DNA of 64,000 nucleotides from Mobula hypostoma (Eukaryota). A program made the translations under genes and the position numbers. The DNA is taken from NCBI RefSeq assembly GCF_963921235.1, contig NC_086104.1, positions 88,102,001 through 88,166,000 of the forward strand, given 5' to 3'. Position 1 is the stretch's first letter; each line of letters opens with the position of its first letter. The notes below the pieces were generated by a model. It did no database searches, was not told the DNA's origin, and was given only the letters and a program-made list of their open reading frames with translations. This document shows positions 23,201-36,965 of the stretch, in pieces.

Positions 23201-25316
23201 CCTCTTGGAAAGAATGATCATACTTCCTTATACAAGTAGAGGGTGCAATAGTTCAATCTGTAACCAGTGTATTATGCCTAAACAATGGAGACAATAGTGG
23301 GATGAGGGAGGCAGTGGAACAGTTGAGGAATAGTGGAAGACTTTCAAAGAGGTTTTTCAGGGTGCTCAACAAAAGTATATTACAGTTAAACACAAGGACA
23401 GTAAGGGTGGGGAGAGCCAGCCTTGGATAACTAAGGAAATAAAAGAAGGCAACAAACTAAAAACTCATACATAGAAAGTCACCAAGAGTAGTGGGAAACT
23501 GGAAGATTGGGAAAACTTTAAAAAGCAACAAAGAACCAATAAGCGAACAATAAAGAAAGGGAAGCTAGGTTATGAAAATAAACTGGCACAAAATATAAAA
23601 ACGGATAGTAAAAGATTTTTATAATTATATAAAGTAGAAAAAGGTGGCTAAAATGAATGTGGGTCCCTTGGAGGATGAGAAAGAGGAATTGATATTGGGT
23701 AATGAGGTCTTCATGGTGGAGGACACATCTAACTTGTCAAAGAGAGATGTTATGGATGCAAAGGGAGGTAAGGGCCTCAATACAATAGCTATCACTAAAG
23801 AGATGGTGCTGAGCAAACTTGTGGGACTGACAGAAGTTATAATAGAGGCTTTGGTGATAATTTACCAAAGTTCTCTGGACTTGGGCAGGTCCCGGCCGAT
23901 TGGAAGATGGTGAATGTCATGCCACTGTTCAAAAGAGGATGTAGGCAAAAGCCAGTTAGTTTAACATCTGTAGTTGGGAAAGTGCTTGAAGCTATCATTA
24001 AAGATGAAATAGCGAGGCATCTGGAAAGAAATGGATCCATCATGCAGACGCAGCATGGATTCAACACAGGCAGGTCCTGTTCAACAAACTTACTGGAGTT
24101 CTTTGAGGATATGACAAATGCAGTGGAAAGAGGGGAACAAATGGACATTATTTACTTGGGTTTCCAGATGGCATTCGATAAGGTGCCAATTAGAAGACTT
24201 ATCCATAAGATAAGGATGCAGAGAGTTGGGGGTGATGTATTAGCACGGATAGAGGATTGGTTAACTAATGGAAAGCAGAGAGTAGGGACAATGGGTGTTA
24301 CTCTAGTTGGCAATCCAATGGTGAGCGGTGTGTCGCAGGGGTCAGTGCCGGGTCTACAATTGTTCACGATATATATTAACAATCTGGAGGAGAGGATTGA
24401 GTGTAGTGTACAGTATCTAAGTTGCTGATGATACTAAGTTGAGCAGAAAAGCAAATTGTGCAGAAGATATAGAGAGTCTGCAGAAAGATATAGGTAGGTT
24501 AAGTGAGTGGGCAAGGGTCAGGCAGATGGAGTACAATGTTGGTAAATGTGAGGTCATCCACTTTGGAAGGAAAAATGAAAGAGCAGATTATTATTTAAAT
24601 GGTAAAAAATTGCAGCATGCTGCTCTGCGGAGGGACTTGGGAGTGCTTGTGTATGAATCACAAAAGGTTGGTTTGCGGGTGCAGCAGGCTATCAAGAAGG
24701 CAAATTGAATGTTGGCCTTCATTGCTAGAGGGATTGAATTTAAGAGCAGGGAGGTTATGCTCCAACTGTACAGGGTGTGCTGAGGCCGCACTTGGAGTTC
24801 TGCGTGCATTTCTGGTCTCCTTACTTGAGGAAGTGAAGAGGAGGTTCACTAGGTTGATTCCAGGGATGAGGGGTGTTAGACTATGAGGAGAGATTGAGTC
24901 ACCTGGGTCAGTACTCACTGGATTTCAGAAGAATGAGAGGAAGGAGATCTTATAGAACATATAAAATTATGAAAGGGATGGTGTTTCCACTAGTAGGTGA
25001 GACTCAAACCAGGGGATATATCTTCAAGATTCCGGGGAGTAGATTTAGGACGGAGATGAGGAGGAACTGCTTTTCCTAAAGAGTGATGAATCTGTGGAAT
25101 TCTCTGCCCAATGAAGCAGTGAAGGCTACCTCAGTAACTGTATGTAAGACAAGGTTGGATAGATTTTTGCGTAGTAGGGGAATTAAGGGTTATGGGGGAA
25201 AAGGCAGGTAGGTGGAGATGGGTCCATCACCAGATCAGCCATGATCTTATTGAATGGCAGAGCAGGTTCGATGGGCCTGATGGCCTACTCCTGCTCCTAT
25301 TTCTTCTGTTCTTATG
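20275..25316 (+). mobile_element. Decayed CR1-like LINE ORF2 (endonuclease + RT + 3' tail), split by a Rex1-like insertion
   Basis: DRQEGKGGGAVLLIK (20303..20503), PVSLTSVVGK, QHGF..GRSC.TNL, AFDKV and GVSQGSV.G..LF.IYIN (23907..24428). Tail tggcctactcctgctcctatttctt..gttcttatg. Confidence 0.9.
20469..22880 (-). mobile_element. Rex1/Babar-like LINE (endonuclease end, RT, 3' tail)
   Basis: TRGNNTLD and SDHL (22472..22825). PVPKK, DPLQFAY, GVPQGCVLSPLLYSLYT and KFAEDTT (21110..21925). (tctgat)n tail at about 20466-20478. Confidence 0.9.
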
Positions 25317-25317
25317 T

Positions 25318-25765
25318 ACAAACAAAAGAAAATCTTCAGATGCTGGAAACTCAAGCAACACACACAAAGTGCTGGAGGAACTCAGCAGGCCAAGCAGCAT
25401 ATATGAAAAATAGTAAACAGTTGACATTTTGGGCCGAGACCCTTCATCAGAGCTGGAGAAAAAAGATGAGGTCAGATAAAGAGGATGGGGGGGGGGGGGC
25501 AGAGGAAAGATACAAGATAGTAGGTGATAGGTGAAATCCAGTGGGGGGGGGTAGGGATGAAGTAAGGAGCTGGGAAATCGATGGGTGAAAGAGAGAAAGG
25601 GCTGGAGAAGGAGAGATCTGACAGGAAAGGACAGAAGGCCATGGAAGAAAGGGAAGGGGGTGGAGCACTGGGGGTGGGGGGGGGTGATAGATAAGGAGAT
25701 AAAGATGACAGAGAAATGGGAATGGTGAGGAAGGGAGCCATTACTGGAAGTTCGAAAAACTGATG
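25318..25765 (-). mobile_element. Penelope terminal-repeat fragment with a decayed hammerhead (25419-25454)
   Basis: Minus strand CTGATGA agggtctcggccc AAAA tgtc aact, followed by the family tail tgctgagttcctccagca..tttccagcatctg. Confidence 0.8.
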
Positions 25766-26139
25766 TAGCACAGCATGTCTGCACGTAAAATCAGTCTTGG
25801 TCAAGAGAATTTATCCAATCATGTCAACCCCAGAAATTGGTCCTTTATCTCCAGACACTGCTGGATCTTCTGAGTATTCTTAGATTTTTTTGTTTTGTTT
25901 TTAATTAATACTTCCACATCTGCAGCTTTCTGTCTCCTAGCTAGAATTCAAATTGTCAGGATATGCAGTCAAAAGGAAATCCATGAGTGGTTTGATTTCC
26001 ACAATAAAAGTTTGTAATCTTCACAATAAACAGCCATACAAGTTCCTTTTCAACTGCAGTTTTGTTTAAGTTTCAGTTTTTCCTCTGTAGTTGCACCAAT
26101 GCCAGATAGAAGTACTCACAAAGACTCCATTCCCTTTGA

Positions 26140-26375
26140 ACTCACGAGGCTCCACTTTGGATTTCACTTTAGTAAAACAGCTATTTCTGATGGTGGAAAA
26201 ACTAGAAACAGTGGAGTGAAAAGCTTGTTGGCTTACTGCCCTGTCGGGTTGTGGTCTGTCATTGCCTCTGTTGTGTTTCTTGCATTTACCGTGATTCCCT
26301 GCAGGAAAACAAATCTCAGGGCTGTATATGGTGACGTGTATATACTTTAATAATAAACTTACCTTGAACTTTGAA
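26140..26375 (+). mobile_element. Rex1/Babar-like 3' tail
   Basis: gcaggaaaacaaatctcagggctgtatatggtgac..aataaactttaccttgaactttgaa. Confidence 0.55.
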
Positions 26376-26747
26376 ATGTCTAACTTGAAGATCTGACGTA
26401 CAAAGGAATGGAAATAATGCTGCAGCTGCATAAAGCCTAAATGTGATCTTACCTGGAGCTGTCTAATCACTGTACATAAGAAGAATCTTCTTCTCAACCA
26501 GTTCCTTGAGCACTAAGGATGACCTGATTCCATTTCAGTTCTGTGGGTCCTCAGCTAACAGATGAAAGGTGTGAGATCTGCAGATTCTCCCACCAGAGGG
26601 GAGGACCTAACTGGTGTAGTTGGAGCCTCACTGATGGGACGCAGAGCAGATGTGGTGATTACCTCATATTGGTCAGTGGGAAGACTTAGCTACCCACCAC
26701 TACACCAACCACTCCCTCAAACCCTGCCCCACCCCTGAATGCATGAA

Positions 26748-27586
26748 CAGTACATTCCAGTTAATTAGGCCATCAGTTAATTGGGCCATCAGTTAATTGG
26801 GCCAGCTACTTATTTGAGAGAAATCTTCAAGAACAAAAACTAATCAAAAAAAATCTGGGTATTTATTTGGGATACTATTCTGCTTAATTGGGACAGGTGA
26901 CCATTGCTAAACAGTTTCTAACTAGGTCCATGGCATGCACTTGTGTGTGGCTGTTAGGCACTACCACTTGCTTAGAGTGAACAGTTTTTAAATAGCATCA
27001 AGTGTGTATGCTTGTGTTCAAAAAGTGGCGATTTTTGTCAATGATAGTTGGCGAGAAATAAGCAGTAAGACAATTCAGAACTGTTTTCCTACCTGTGGTT
27101 TCAAGCATTCTGGCTTGGAGCTGCCAGAAACAGCCAGGAGTGAAAATGAAATGATTTCACTACTTAAAGAAGTTAGTAACTACTAAGAGCTTGAAGATAC
27201 CAACAATCATCTTGAATGTTACAATGAAAATGAAGATATGTAGGATGCAATCATCAAAGTATTGTATGAAGACAGTCCATTATCTGCACTAGGTGTCTGT
27301 GCTGATTTTGTTAATTTACAATCACTAAGAACAACTTATCAGTGTACACTAGATGAATTCCTCTATTGATAACCATTGGGAACTAATACAGTTTTATAGT
27401 ACTGTTGTAGTATCAATAGTGTTCTAATTTATTCTTTACTTCTTTTAAATAGATACTGTTACTCAGTTAAACAGCAGTTTGTCTTTTTTCTCAACTATTT
27501 TCATGTAACTTTGGCTAATTAGAGCAACCACTTAATTTGGCCAAAATGTACTGGTCCTGAATTGTCCTAATATCTGGAATCCACTG
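26748..27586 (+). mobile_element. Tigger/pogo-like non-autonomous DNA transposon
   Basis: TIRs cagtacattccagttaatt.. and ..atctggaatccactg|TA. Internal remnant SWREISSKTIQNCF..CGF (27004..27186), typical of a Tigger transposase C-terminus. Repeated cagttaattgggcc subterminal motifs. Confidence 0.8.
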
Positions 27587-27739
27587 TACTCCACTTCAAG
27601 GGAGACAAATGTTCCCTTTTCCCTTATCCCATTAATGAACCAAGAAGAAGTAGACAAACTCTGAATAATTCCTCACCCCCGATTCAACATGATCAATACT
27701 CCTCCCCATCTCTGGCCTTAGTGAAGTGGCCTTGCGATG

Positions 27740-29010
27740 TCAAAGAACACCACAGCACAGGCCCTTCAGCCCATCTAGTCTGTGTTGAACTATTATTCTG
27801 CCTTGTCCCATTGACCTGCACCCAGACCATTGCCCTCCATACCTCCCATCCATGTACTTATCCAAATCTCTTAAATGTTGACAATGAACCTGAATCCACC
27901 ACTTTCTCTGAAAGCTTGTTCCACACTCTCACCGTCCTCTGAGTGAAGATGACTCCCTTATGTTCCCCTGAAACATTCCACCTTCACTCCTAACCCAACC
28001 CCAGTAGAAAAAGCCTGCTTGCATTTACCTTATCTATTTCCATCTTCAATGTCTCTATTCTTCCCTTTCACGGTTCTTTTGAAGACCTTGACCTGGAGTT
28101 ACACGCTAACTTTGGTTCTTTGCGGGTATGGGACCTGCTCTTGGGGTTTCACGACTGGCCATTATTGGATATGCCAAGGATGCGGCTGAAGAGATTAGCT
28201 TGCCTTCAGAGTTCCGGGATCTTATGGCTCTGGAGATGGGTAGACTGAAGGTTGGTGTCTCTGCAGGAATCTGGGGTATTGTGGGAGACGGAAGATCGAA
28301 AGCAGCTAGCTGATTATGTGCCCAGAGACCCAAGTTCTTTGGGCACAGAGCTCGGAAAAAGCGATGCAATGGACTCTTAACATCATAAATCTGCGAGTTG
28401 TTTGTCATGTCTCTCCTCTCGCTGTGAAACAAAGACACCTCTTTCTCCCTTATTAGGGAGAGAGAGATCCTGTAGAATGGAATACCGGGTGAATGAGTAG
28501 TCTTTGAGGTACTCCAAGTCTGTGTCTTTGCTGATGCTTTGCTGCACACTTGAGTGCTCGGTGGTGGGTGCAGATGCTTTTTTTTTTGCTGGTGGGGAAG
28601 GGGGGAATTGTTGCTTTGCTGCTGCTTGCACGGGGGAGGGGGGAGCTGTGGGGTTCTAACTGTCATTCATTCTTTGGGGGCACTCTGTTTTCGTGGATGG
28701 TTGCAAAGAAAAAGTGTTTCAGGATGTATATTGTGTACATTTCTCTGACATTAAATGTACCTTTGAAACCTCTGATCTATATATCTCATAATTTTGTATA
28801 TCTCAATCAATTCTCCCTTCATTCTCCTACACTCCAGAAGGAAATAGTCTAAACCTATTCAGTCTTTCCCTGAAACGCAGGTCCTCACGTCCCAGAAACA
28901 TTCTTACATATTTTGGAGCACACAACGCTCCAAGTCAAGCTTCAATATCTTATACAACTTCCACATAACATAACAACTCCTGTGCTCAATACTTTGATAT
29001 ATGAAGGCCA
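27740..29010 (-). mobile_element. CR1-like 3' fragment with an inserted ~730-bp plus-strand LINE-tail-like repeat (about 28040-28772)
   Basis: cacagcacaggcccttcagcccatc.. and ttccacactctcacc..ctctgagtgaag (CR1 reverse). The insert ends gacattaaatgtacctttgaaacct. Confidence 0.6.
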
Positions 29011-29769
29011 ATATCCTACTTCACCAACTTGTCCTGCATTGATTCCTCTGGTGGCAGTGACATGACTTAATCGTCTCATCCTTCTTAAAATGTTGACATT
29101 AGCCGACCTGTCCCTTATCTGTATTCCAGGAAGCATGGTTCCCAGTACAGGCTTTCTTCCAAACCATGGCCTTTAAGAGAACTAGGCACAGGGTGTTACC
29201 AAGTCAAGTCCCTAAACCGTGCAATATACATCAAATTATGGAAATTGTCAGATTTGAGAAACTTCTGGTAAATGTAAAGTTGAATCAGGTAATTCTTCAA
29301 AATGACTTTTCTACTCCAGGCTTGATGTTACATATTTTTAATACCCAGATTACATTTCAAGAATAAGATACTTCAGTTTCAATCCCCTTCTCCTGTCATT
29401 GGGGTTTGGTGATTAACACACTGACTAGCATGCATGCTCCTTTTCCTACTTCCTCATTCAGAACAGGGAAAGCTCTTACTGTGCTGGGACCTTTCCCATG
29501 CCCTGCCTGTGACACTGTTCCACATGCTTGCCTATCGACAACATCAACAAGCCTTTCAATTGAGGAGCACAAATGCCTGTTATTTACAAGAAGTGATACG
29601 GGAGTCATTGAGAAATGAGCAGGAAAGAGAACTTTGCACCATTTTCCATTCCCAGGTCTGAAAAATGTTCACCTATTCCATCAGTCAGGGCAACTGGAAA
29701 ACCGAACCTCAACCTTGTGTGGTGCCTTTATCCAGATGTTGATTTTTCTCTCCATTTTCATATAGTTAC

Positions 29770-30480
29770 AAAGTTGAAATGAAATAAATGGTGCTGGCTG
29801 TGTAGCCTAATGAGCCTGCTCCCCCCATCTAACCATAGACATACGTCCAGCTTCGTGTGCATTTCCTATCATCCTCTATCCCCCTATTTCAGCTATAAAT
29901 GTATTCAATGACAGCTCCTCCACAGACCCTAGCAGTAGAGAATTCAAAAGATTCATGACCTCTTGAGTAAAAACCCTCCTTACTGGTCTTAAATGGACAA
30001 CTTCTTATTCTAAATCTAAGACCCCAAATACCAGATACCCTCACAAAAGGAAATGTCCTCACAGGATATAACCTCTTAGGATCTCTTAAGCTCCAATTAA
30101 TGTCTTTTCCTAAACTGAAAGAGTTTAAGCTCAGTCTTAAAAACTCTTCATTCTTGCAGTCAGTCTAGTGAACCTTCTCTGAATGGCCTCCAATGCAAGC
30201 AATCCCTCCCCTTTGATTTGGGAGACAAAAGGGAAGGCAATATTACAGCTGGAGTCTCGACAGTGTTCTGACCAATTTTACCAAAACTTTTTTGCTTTTA
30301 TATTCCAGCCCCTTTGCAAAAAGCAAATGTCAGCAGTCTATTTGATTTTGTAACTAGCTGCTGTGTTTCAACCACATCCACCTGTACCAAATCACTCTAT
30401 AGTCTCTGCATTTACACATTGTTTTTCTAATTATTTTACCAAGGTGGAAACCTCACATTTTCCCAACATCATGTTCCCTA
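29770..30480 (-). mobile_element. Old CR1-like fragment
   Basis: gtagagaattcaaaagattc and ctagtgaaccttctctgaatggcctccaatgc (reverse of the LE.VQRRFTR region). Confidence 0.6.
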
Positions 30481-30489
30481 CTAAATTTT

Positions 30490-31420
30490 TGCTCACCAAC
30501 ACACCTACCACCCCGTCGCCAGCACATAATTCTCCAAAACTTCAGCTATCTCCGATGGGTTTACCCACCCCTCCCCCACTTTCTAGAGGGATCTTACGCG
30601 ACTCGCTTGTCCATTCATCCCTCCCCACTTATGTCCCTCCTGGCACTTATCCTTGCAAGCGGAACAAGTGTTACACCTGTCCCAACATCTCCTCCCTCAC
30701 TACTATTCAGAGCCCTAAACAGTCCTTCAAGGTGAAGCAACACTTCACCTGTGAGTCTGTTGGAGTCGTATACCGTGTCCAGCGTTCCTGTTGTGGCCTC
30801 CTGTATTAACAGTGAGACCTGATGTAGACTAGGAAACTGCTTCGCTGAGCACCAGAAAAGGCGGGACCTTCAAGTGGTCATCCATTTTAATTCTACTTTC
30901 CATTCCCATTCTACTTTCCATTCGCATACCGCCTCTATCCACTATCCACAGCCTCCCCCACTGTCATGATGAGGCCACACTTAGGTTGGAGGAACAATAC
31001 CTTATATTCCATTTGGGTAGCCTCCAACCTAATAGCAGGAACATTGATTTCTCAAACTTCTGGTAATGCTCCCCCCACCCCTTCACCATTTCCCATCCCC
31101 CTTTCCCTCTCTCACCTTATCTCCTTGCCCACTCATTGTTTCCCTCTGGTACCTCTCCCTCCTTTTCTTTCTTCCATGGCCTCCTGTCTTTCACCAATTT
31201 ACTTCCCAGCTCTTTACTTCATCTGTCCCCCTTCAGGTTTCACCTATCACCTTCTGTTTCTCTCTCTTCCTCCCCCCCCCGCAACCAACCTTTTAAATCT
31301 ACTCCTCAGCATTTTCTTCTCCAGTCCTGCCAAAGGGTTTTGGCCTGAAACATCAACTGTACTCTTTTCCTGGATGCTGCCTGGCCTGCTGAGTTCCTCC
31401 AGCAGTTAGCTGTGTTGCTT
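30490..31420 (+). mobile_element. Penelope-like fragment (GIY-YIG region plus terminal repeat, decayed hammerhead at 31323-31358)
   Basis: PGTYPCKRNKCYTC..HFTCESVGVVYRV..CGLLY in ORF 30363..30809, plus the family tail. Confidence 0.88.
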
Positions 31421-32229
31421 AAATTTTTGCTCATTCACTTAACCCATCTATTCTCTGCAAATGTTTGACTCCCTCTCATAACTTGCTTTCTTATCTTTGC
31501 AGCAAATTTGATTACAATACGTGCTATGCCTTCACCTTCATCACTGTGAACAGTTGAGCTCCTGGTCTCAATGTTTTGAAATATAAGTGCACCACATCTG
31601 GTTCTTTCATCCACCCCTCATGACTTCAAACATGATTTTCCTTTCATAGGACCATATTTTGATTTTCTGCATATCTTGTTATGGCTGTAAAAGATGCCAA
31701 TTTCTCCCCAATAAGATATTATAGTTTCTTGATTTGTCTCCTTTTTTTTTTGAATGGGCCATTACATTTGTTGTTTTCCAACCATGATGTACAGTACCTG
31801 GAATCTGAGGAACTTCCGAAGAACAGAATTGATACAGGTATTATTCCAGTATCCAACTTTAGTTCTGTAGCCATAGCTAGCGAGTCCAGGGGATCCACCC
31901 TGGTACTACTTCCCACAATGTAAACACAATTGTTTAAAGTTTCTTATCCTTTTTTTGCCTCCATATTTTCTACAATTATGCAATACTTTTAGCACCTTGC
32001 AACTTGAAGGTCGATGTAAAATATTTGCTCAGGCTGTGCTATTTATTTTCCCATTATTCATTCTGCAGTTTCTCCCTCACAGAATCAACACTGTCCTTAC
32101 TTACTGGTTTTGTGATCGTGGTGTTATTGGATCTGTGCTTTTTTCAGAGGCAGTACCGAGTGTTCCATCATATTCTTGACTTGTAGTCACAAATGATGGA
32201 AGAGTTTGAAGTAGCAGCAGTACTACTAC

Positions 32230-35200
32230 TAAAAAAAAGAGCTTTAACCAGGGACCAATCCGGATACCGGAAGGAAGGGATTCACTCAGGTCCACTACCC
32301 AAATACAAAAGGCAGCAGTGGGTCGATGCAGCAAAAAAGAGCTTCAACCAGTGACCAATCAGTGTTTGACATTGATTAGCAAGAGCAAATTAAAGGAAGG
32401 AAGGGTCAAGTGCAGCAGCCATCGTCTGAGTGAAGTCAGAGTGATCTTGAGGCTTTAGCTCTTTGAGGTGTCTGTGAAGAGAGGTTTCAGACTGAGAAAG
32501 CAAAGGAAAGAAAAGCTCAAGGTTAAGTTTTTTTCCCCCTTCCCTTCTTTATATCTGCTCAGCTTTGACAGTACAGATGTCAGGCAGGATAGTGGAATGT
32601 TCCTCTTATGGGATGTGGGAAGGCAGGGAAACCATCAGTGTCCCTGACGACTACAACTGGGAGAAGTGCATCTAGCTGCAGCTTCTAACAATCCGTGTTA
32701 AGGAGCTGGAGCTGGAACTGAACAATTATTCTGTGTTGGTCTTCACAGTGGAGGACACGTCTAATATGCCAAAAAATAATGTTATGGCTGAAATGGGAGG
32801 TGAGAACCTCGATAAAATCACTGTCACTAAAGAGATAGTGATGAGCAAACCAGAAGGCCTGAAGCTAGTTAAGTCCCCTGGTCGTGATGGGATGCATCCT
32901 AGGGTGCTGAGGGAATTGGCGGAGGTTATAGTAGACGTGTAGGTAATCATTTATCCAAACTCTCTCGACTCTGGGCAGGTCCCGGCAGATTGGAAGACAG
33001 CAAATGTCACGCCACTTTTTAAAAAAGGATGTAGGCAAAAAATGGGCAACTATAGGCCAGTTAGCTTAACATCTGTAGTCAGGAAAATGCTTGAAGCTGT
33101 CATTAAGGAAGAAATAGCAAAACATTTAGAAGGGAGTGGTTCCATTAGACAGACGCAGCATGGATTCAGAAAGGGGAGGTCCTGTTTGGCAAACTTACTG
33201 GAGTTCTTTGGGGACATAATGAATGCAGTGGATAGAGGGGGAACAGGTGGATGTCGTATACTTGGATTTCCAGAAGGCATTCGATAAGGTGCTGCACAAG
33301 AGACTTATAAATAAGATACGGATGCATGGAGTCGGAGGAAGTGTATTGGTTAACCAATAAAAGGCAGAGAGTTGGTATAAATGGGTGTTTCTCCAGTTGG
33401 CAGTCAGTGGTGTGTGGGGTGATGCAGGGGTTGGTGCTGGGCCTGCAGCTGTTTACCATTTACATTGATGATTAGGAAGAGGGGACTATACAGGGTACTG
33501 GTGAGGCCGCACCTTGAGTACTGTGTGCAGTTCTGGTCTCCATACTTAAGGATGGATATACTGGCTTTGGAGGCAGTGCAGAGGAGGTTCACCAGGATGA
33601 TTCCAGAGATGAAGGGGTTAACCTATGAGGAGAGATTGAGTCACCTGGGACTATACTCTCTGGAATTCAGAAAGAATGAGAGGAGATTTTATAGAAACAT
33701 TCAAAATTTTGAAAGGGATAGATAAGATAGAAGTAAGAAAGTTGTTTCCATTGGTAGGCGAGACTAGAACTAGGGGACATTGCCTCAAGATTCAGAGGAG
33801 AAGATTTAGGACAGAGATGAGGAGAAACTGTTTTTCCCAGAGAGTGGTGAATCTGTGGAATTCTCTGCCCAGGGAAGCAGTTGAGGCTTCTTCACTAAAT
33901 ATATTTAAGATACAGTTAGATAGATTTTTACATAGTAGGGGAATTAAGGGTTATGGGGAAAAGGCAGGTTGATGGAGCTGAGTTTACAGACAGATCAGCC
34001 ATAATCTTATTGAATGGTGGGGCAGGCTTGAAGGGCCGGATGGCCTACTCCTGCTCCTATTCCTTATGTAACTCCAGAGGTAGTTACACCCAAGGTGCAG
34101 GATGCAGGAATCTGGGTGACAGTTAGGAAGGGGAAAGGGGTGAAGGAGCTAATGCAAAGTACCCCTGTGGCCATCCCCTCAACAATGGATATATCACTTT
34201 GAATACTGTTTGGGGGGGGGGGGGTTGACCTAACAGAGGAGAGTCATAGCAGCACCAAGTCTGGCTGTGTGTCTTGGAGGAGGGGGAGGAAGAAGAGGCA
34301 CACTGTCGTGACAGGGGAATTGTTAGTTAGGGGAATGGACAGGAGGCTCTGTGGGTGAGAACAAGATTCCTGGAAGGTATGTTTCCTTCCGAGTGCCATG
34401 GTCTGGGATATCTCAGCTCGAGTCCTCAGTGTTCATTGGGAGGGTGAATAGCCAGAACTCATGGTCCATGTAAGTACCAATGACATAGGTAGGACGAGTG
34501 ATGAGGTTCTGCATAAGGAGTTATATGCCAAGTTAAGGACAGGACCTCCAGGGTTGTGATCTCAGGATTGCTACCTGTGCTGCAAACTACTGAGGTCAGA
34601 ACTAGGAAGACTATACAGTTTAATACATGACTAAGAAGTTTGTGTAGGAAGGAAGGCACATCAGTACAGATGGGACGGTTTGCACCTGAACTGAGGGGGA
34701 CTAATATTCTAGCAGGAAGGTTTATTAATGCTGCACAGTGGGGTTTAAGCTAGAGTTGCAGGAGGGATGGGAACCAGTGTGCCACAACAGTTAGTGGAGA
34801 CGTTATGGAGGCAGATGTTGGTAAGATCTCAGGCAAAGTTAGGGATCAAAAGGTTGACCATGGTGCGACTAGTGTCCTGAGCTGTGTATATTTCAATGCA
34901 AAAAGTATCATCGGAAAGGCAGATGATCGTGCTGAAGATGAGGTAGCTAGTTTACAACCAGAGGCATTGTCTAGTGAGGAAAGGCTGTTGTCTACAATTT
35001 TGCGTTATCAACAGGACAAGCTACAACATAAAAAGTGGACAAAATCGAGAAGGGTGAATACAGGACTGAAGGTGTTGCATTTGAATGCGCACATTTTCAG
35101 GAACTTGGTAGATTAATTGCAGCACAGTTGCAGCTTGGCATGTAGATGTTGTAGGTATCACTGAATCACAGCTTTAAGATTATAGCTGGGAGCTTAATGT

Positions 35201-36965
35201 CTAAAGATACATATTGTATCGAAAGGACAGGCAGGAAGGCAAAGATTTACTCTGCTGGTAAAAAATCAGATCATTAGAAAGAGGTGACAGAGGGTCAGAA
35301 AATGTTGAATCATTGTGATTAGAGCTAAGGAATTGCAAGGATAAAAAGACCCTGATGGGAGTTGTATACAGACATCCCCCGCCGCCCCCCCCCCCCGGCC
35401 CCAAACAGTAGTAAGGATGTGGCCTACAAATTACAAGGGAAGCATGCCAAGAGGGCAATGTTACAATAGTCATGGGGATTTCAATATGCAGGTGGATTGG
35501 GAAAATCAGATTGGTGCAGGATTCCAGGAAGGGGAATTTCTAGAGTGCTTTTAAGTTGGCTTTTTAGAGCGGCTTGTGTTGAGCCCACTAGGGGATCAGC
35601 TATTCCCGATTGGGCATTGTGCAATGAACCAGAATTGATTAGATAGCTTAAGGTAAAAGGACCCTTAGGGGCAAGTGATCCCAATATGATCAAATTCACC
35701 CTGAAATTTGAGAAGGAGAAGCTAAAGTCAGGTGTATCAGTATTACAGTGGAGTAAAGGGTATTACAGAGGCATGAGTGAGGAGTTGGCTAGAATTGATT
35801 GGAAAAGAACACTGGCAGGGACGATAGCAGAGAAGCAATGGCTGGAATTTCTGGTAGCAATTTGGATGACGCAACCGTGGCTAACAAGAGAAGTCAAAAC
35901 CAATAAAAAAGCCAAAGAGAGGGCAAAAATAGAGCAAAAAAAAAGTGGGAATTTAGAGGATTGAGAAGCTTTTAAAAACCAACAGAACGCAACTAAAAAG
36001 TCGGTAAGAAGGTAAAGATGGAATATGAAAGCCAGCCAATAATATTTAAACAGTATACCAAAAGTTACTTCAGATAAATGTAAAGTGTAAAAGAGAGGCA
36101 AGAGTGGATATCAGACTGCTGGAAAACAACGCTGGAGTGGTAGCAGCGGGGGACAACAAAATGGCGGATAAACTGAATAAGTATTTTGCATCAGTCTTCA
36201 CTGTGGAAGACACTAGTGTATGGTGGAAGTTCCAGGTATCAGGGGTCATGAAGTGCGTGAAGTTACCATTACTAGAGAGCAGGTTCTTGGGAAACTAAAA
36301 GGTCTGAAGGTAAGTAAGTCACCTGGACCAGATGATGTACACCCCAGCGTTCTGAAAGCGGTGGCCGAAGAGATCGCAGCTGCATTTGTAATGATCTTTC
36401 AAGAATCACTAGATTCTGGAATGGATCTGGAAGACTGGAAAATTGCAAATGTCACTCCACTCTTCAAGAAGGGAGAGAGGCAGAGGAAAGGAAACCTGAG
36501 GCCAGTTAGTCTGACCTCAGTGGTTGGGAAGATGTTGGAGTCAATCATTAAGGATGAGGTCTCAGGGTACTTGGGGGCACATGATAAAATAGGCCTTGGT
36601 CAGCATGGTTTCAAAGGATAATCTTGCCCGACAGATCTGTTGGAATTCTTTGAAGAACTGACAGGCAGAATAGACAAATAAGAATTGGTTGATGTTATGC
36701 ACTTGGATTTTCAGAAGGCCTTTGACAAGGTGCCACAGGAGGCTGCTTAACAAGCTACGAACCCATGGTATTACAGGAAAGATTCAACCATGGATAAAGT
36801 AGTCGCTGATCAGCAGGAGGCAGTGAGTGGGAATAAAGGGAGCTTTTTCTGGTTGGCTGCAGTTGACTAGTGGTGATTGGGGCTCAGAGGAAAATTGAAT
36901 CAGCCATGATGAAATGTCAGAGCAGACTCAATGGGCCAAATGGCCTAATGCTGTTCCTATATCTT
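32230..36965 (+). mobile_element. Near full-length decayed CR1-like LINE (5'UTR, ORF1 remnants, ORF2 endonuclease and RT, tail)
   Basis: Duplicated ccaatc-containing 5' motif (32232, 32333). ORF1-like MWE..VPDDY..KC..L.LL..V.ELELEL (about 32610-32720). Esterase-like HVSTNDIG (about 34465). KVLHLNA (35070). KSPGPD..RPVSLTSVVGK..QHGF (36220..36621). Tail at 36900-36965. Confidence 0.8.
32725..34070 (+). mobile_element. Younger CR1-like RT/3' fragment embedded in the ORF1 region of the older CR1
   Basis: KSPGRDGMHPRVL, NYRPVSLTS, QHGFRKGRSCL and RPHLEYCVQFWSP. Tail ends tggcctactcctgctcctattccttatg. Same subfamily as 4765-5900. Confidence 0.85.

Noticed and set aside
26755-26805. Short direct repeats cagttaatt(a/g)ggcc x3 that could suggest a CRISPR-like array
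   Set aside because: The units are adjacent with no unique spacers and lie in the subterminal region of a Tigger-like transposon. No cas genes are present and the context is eukaryotic.
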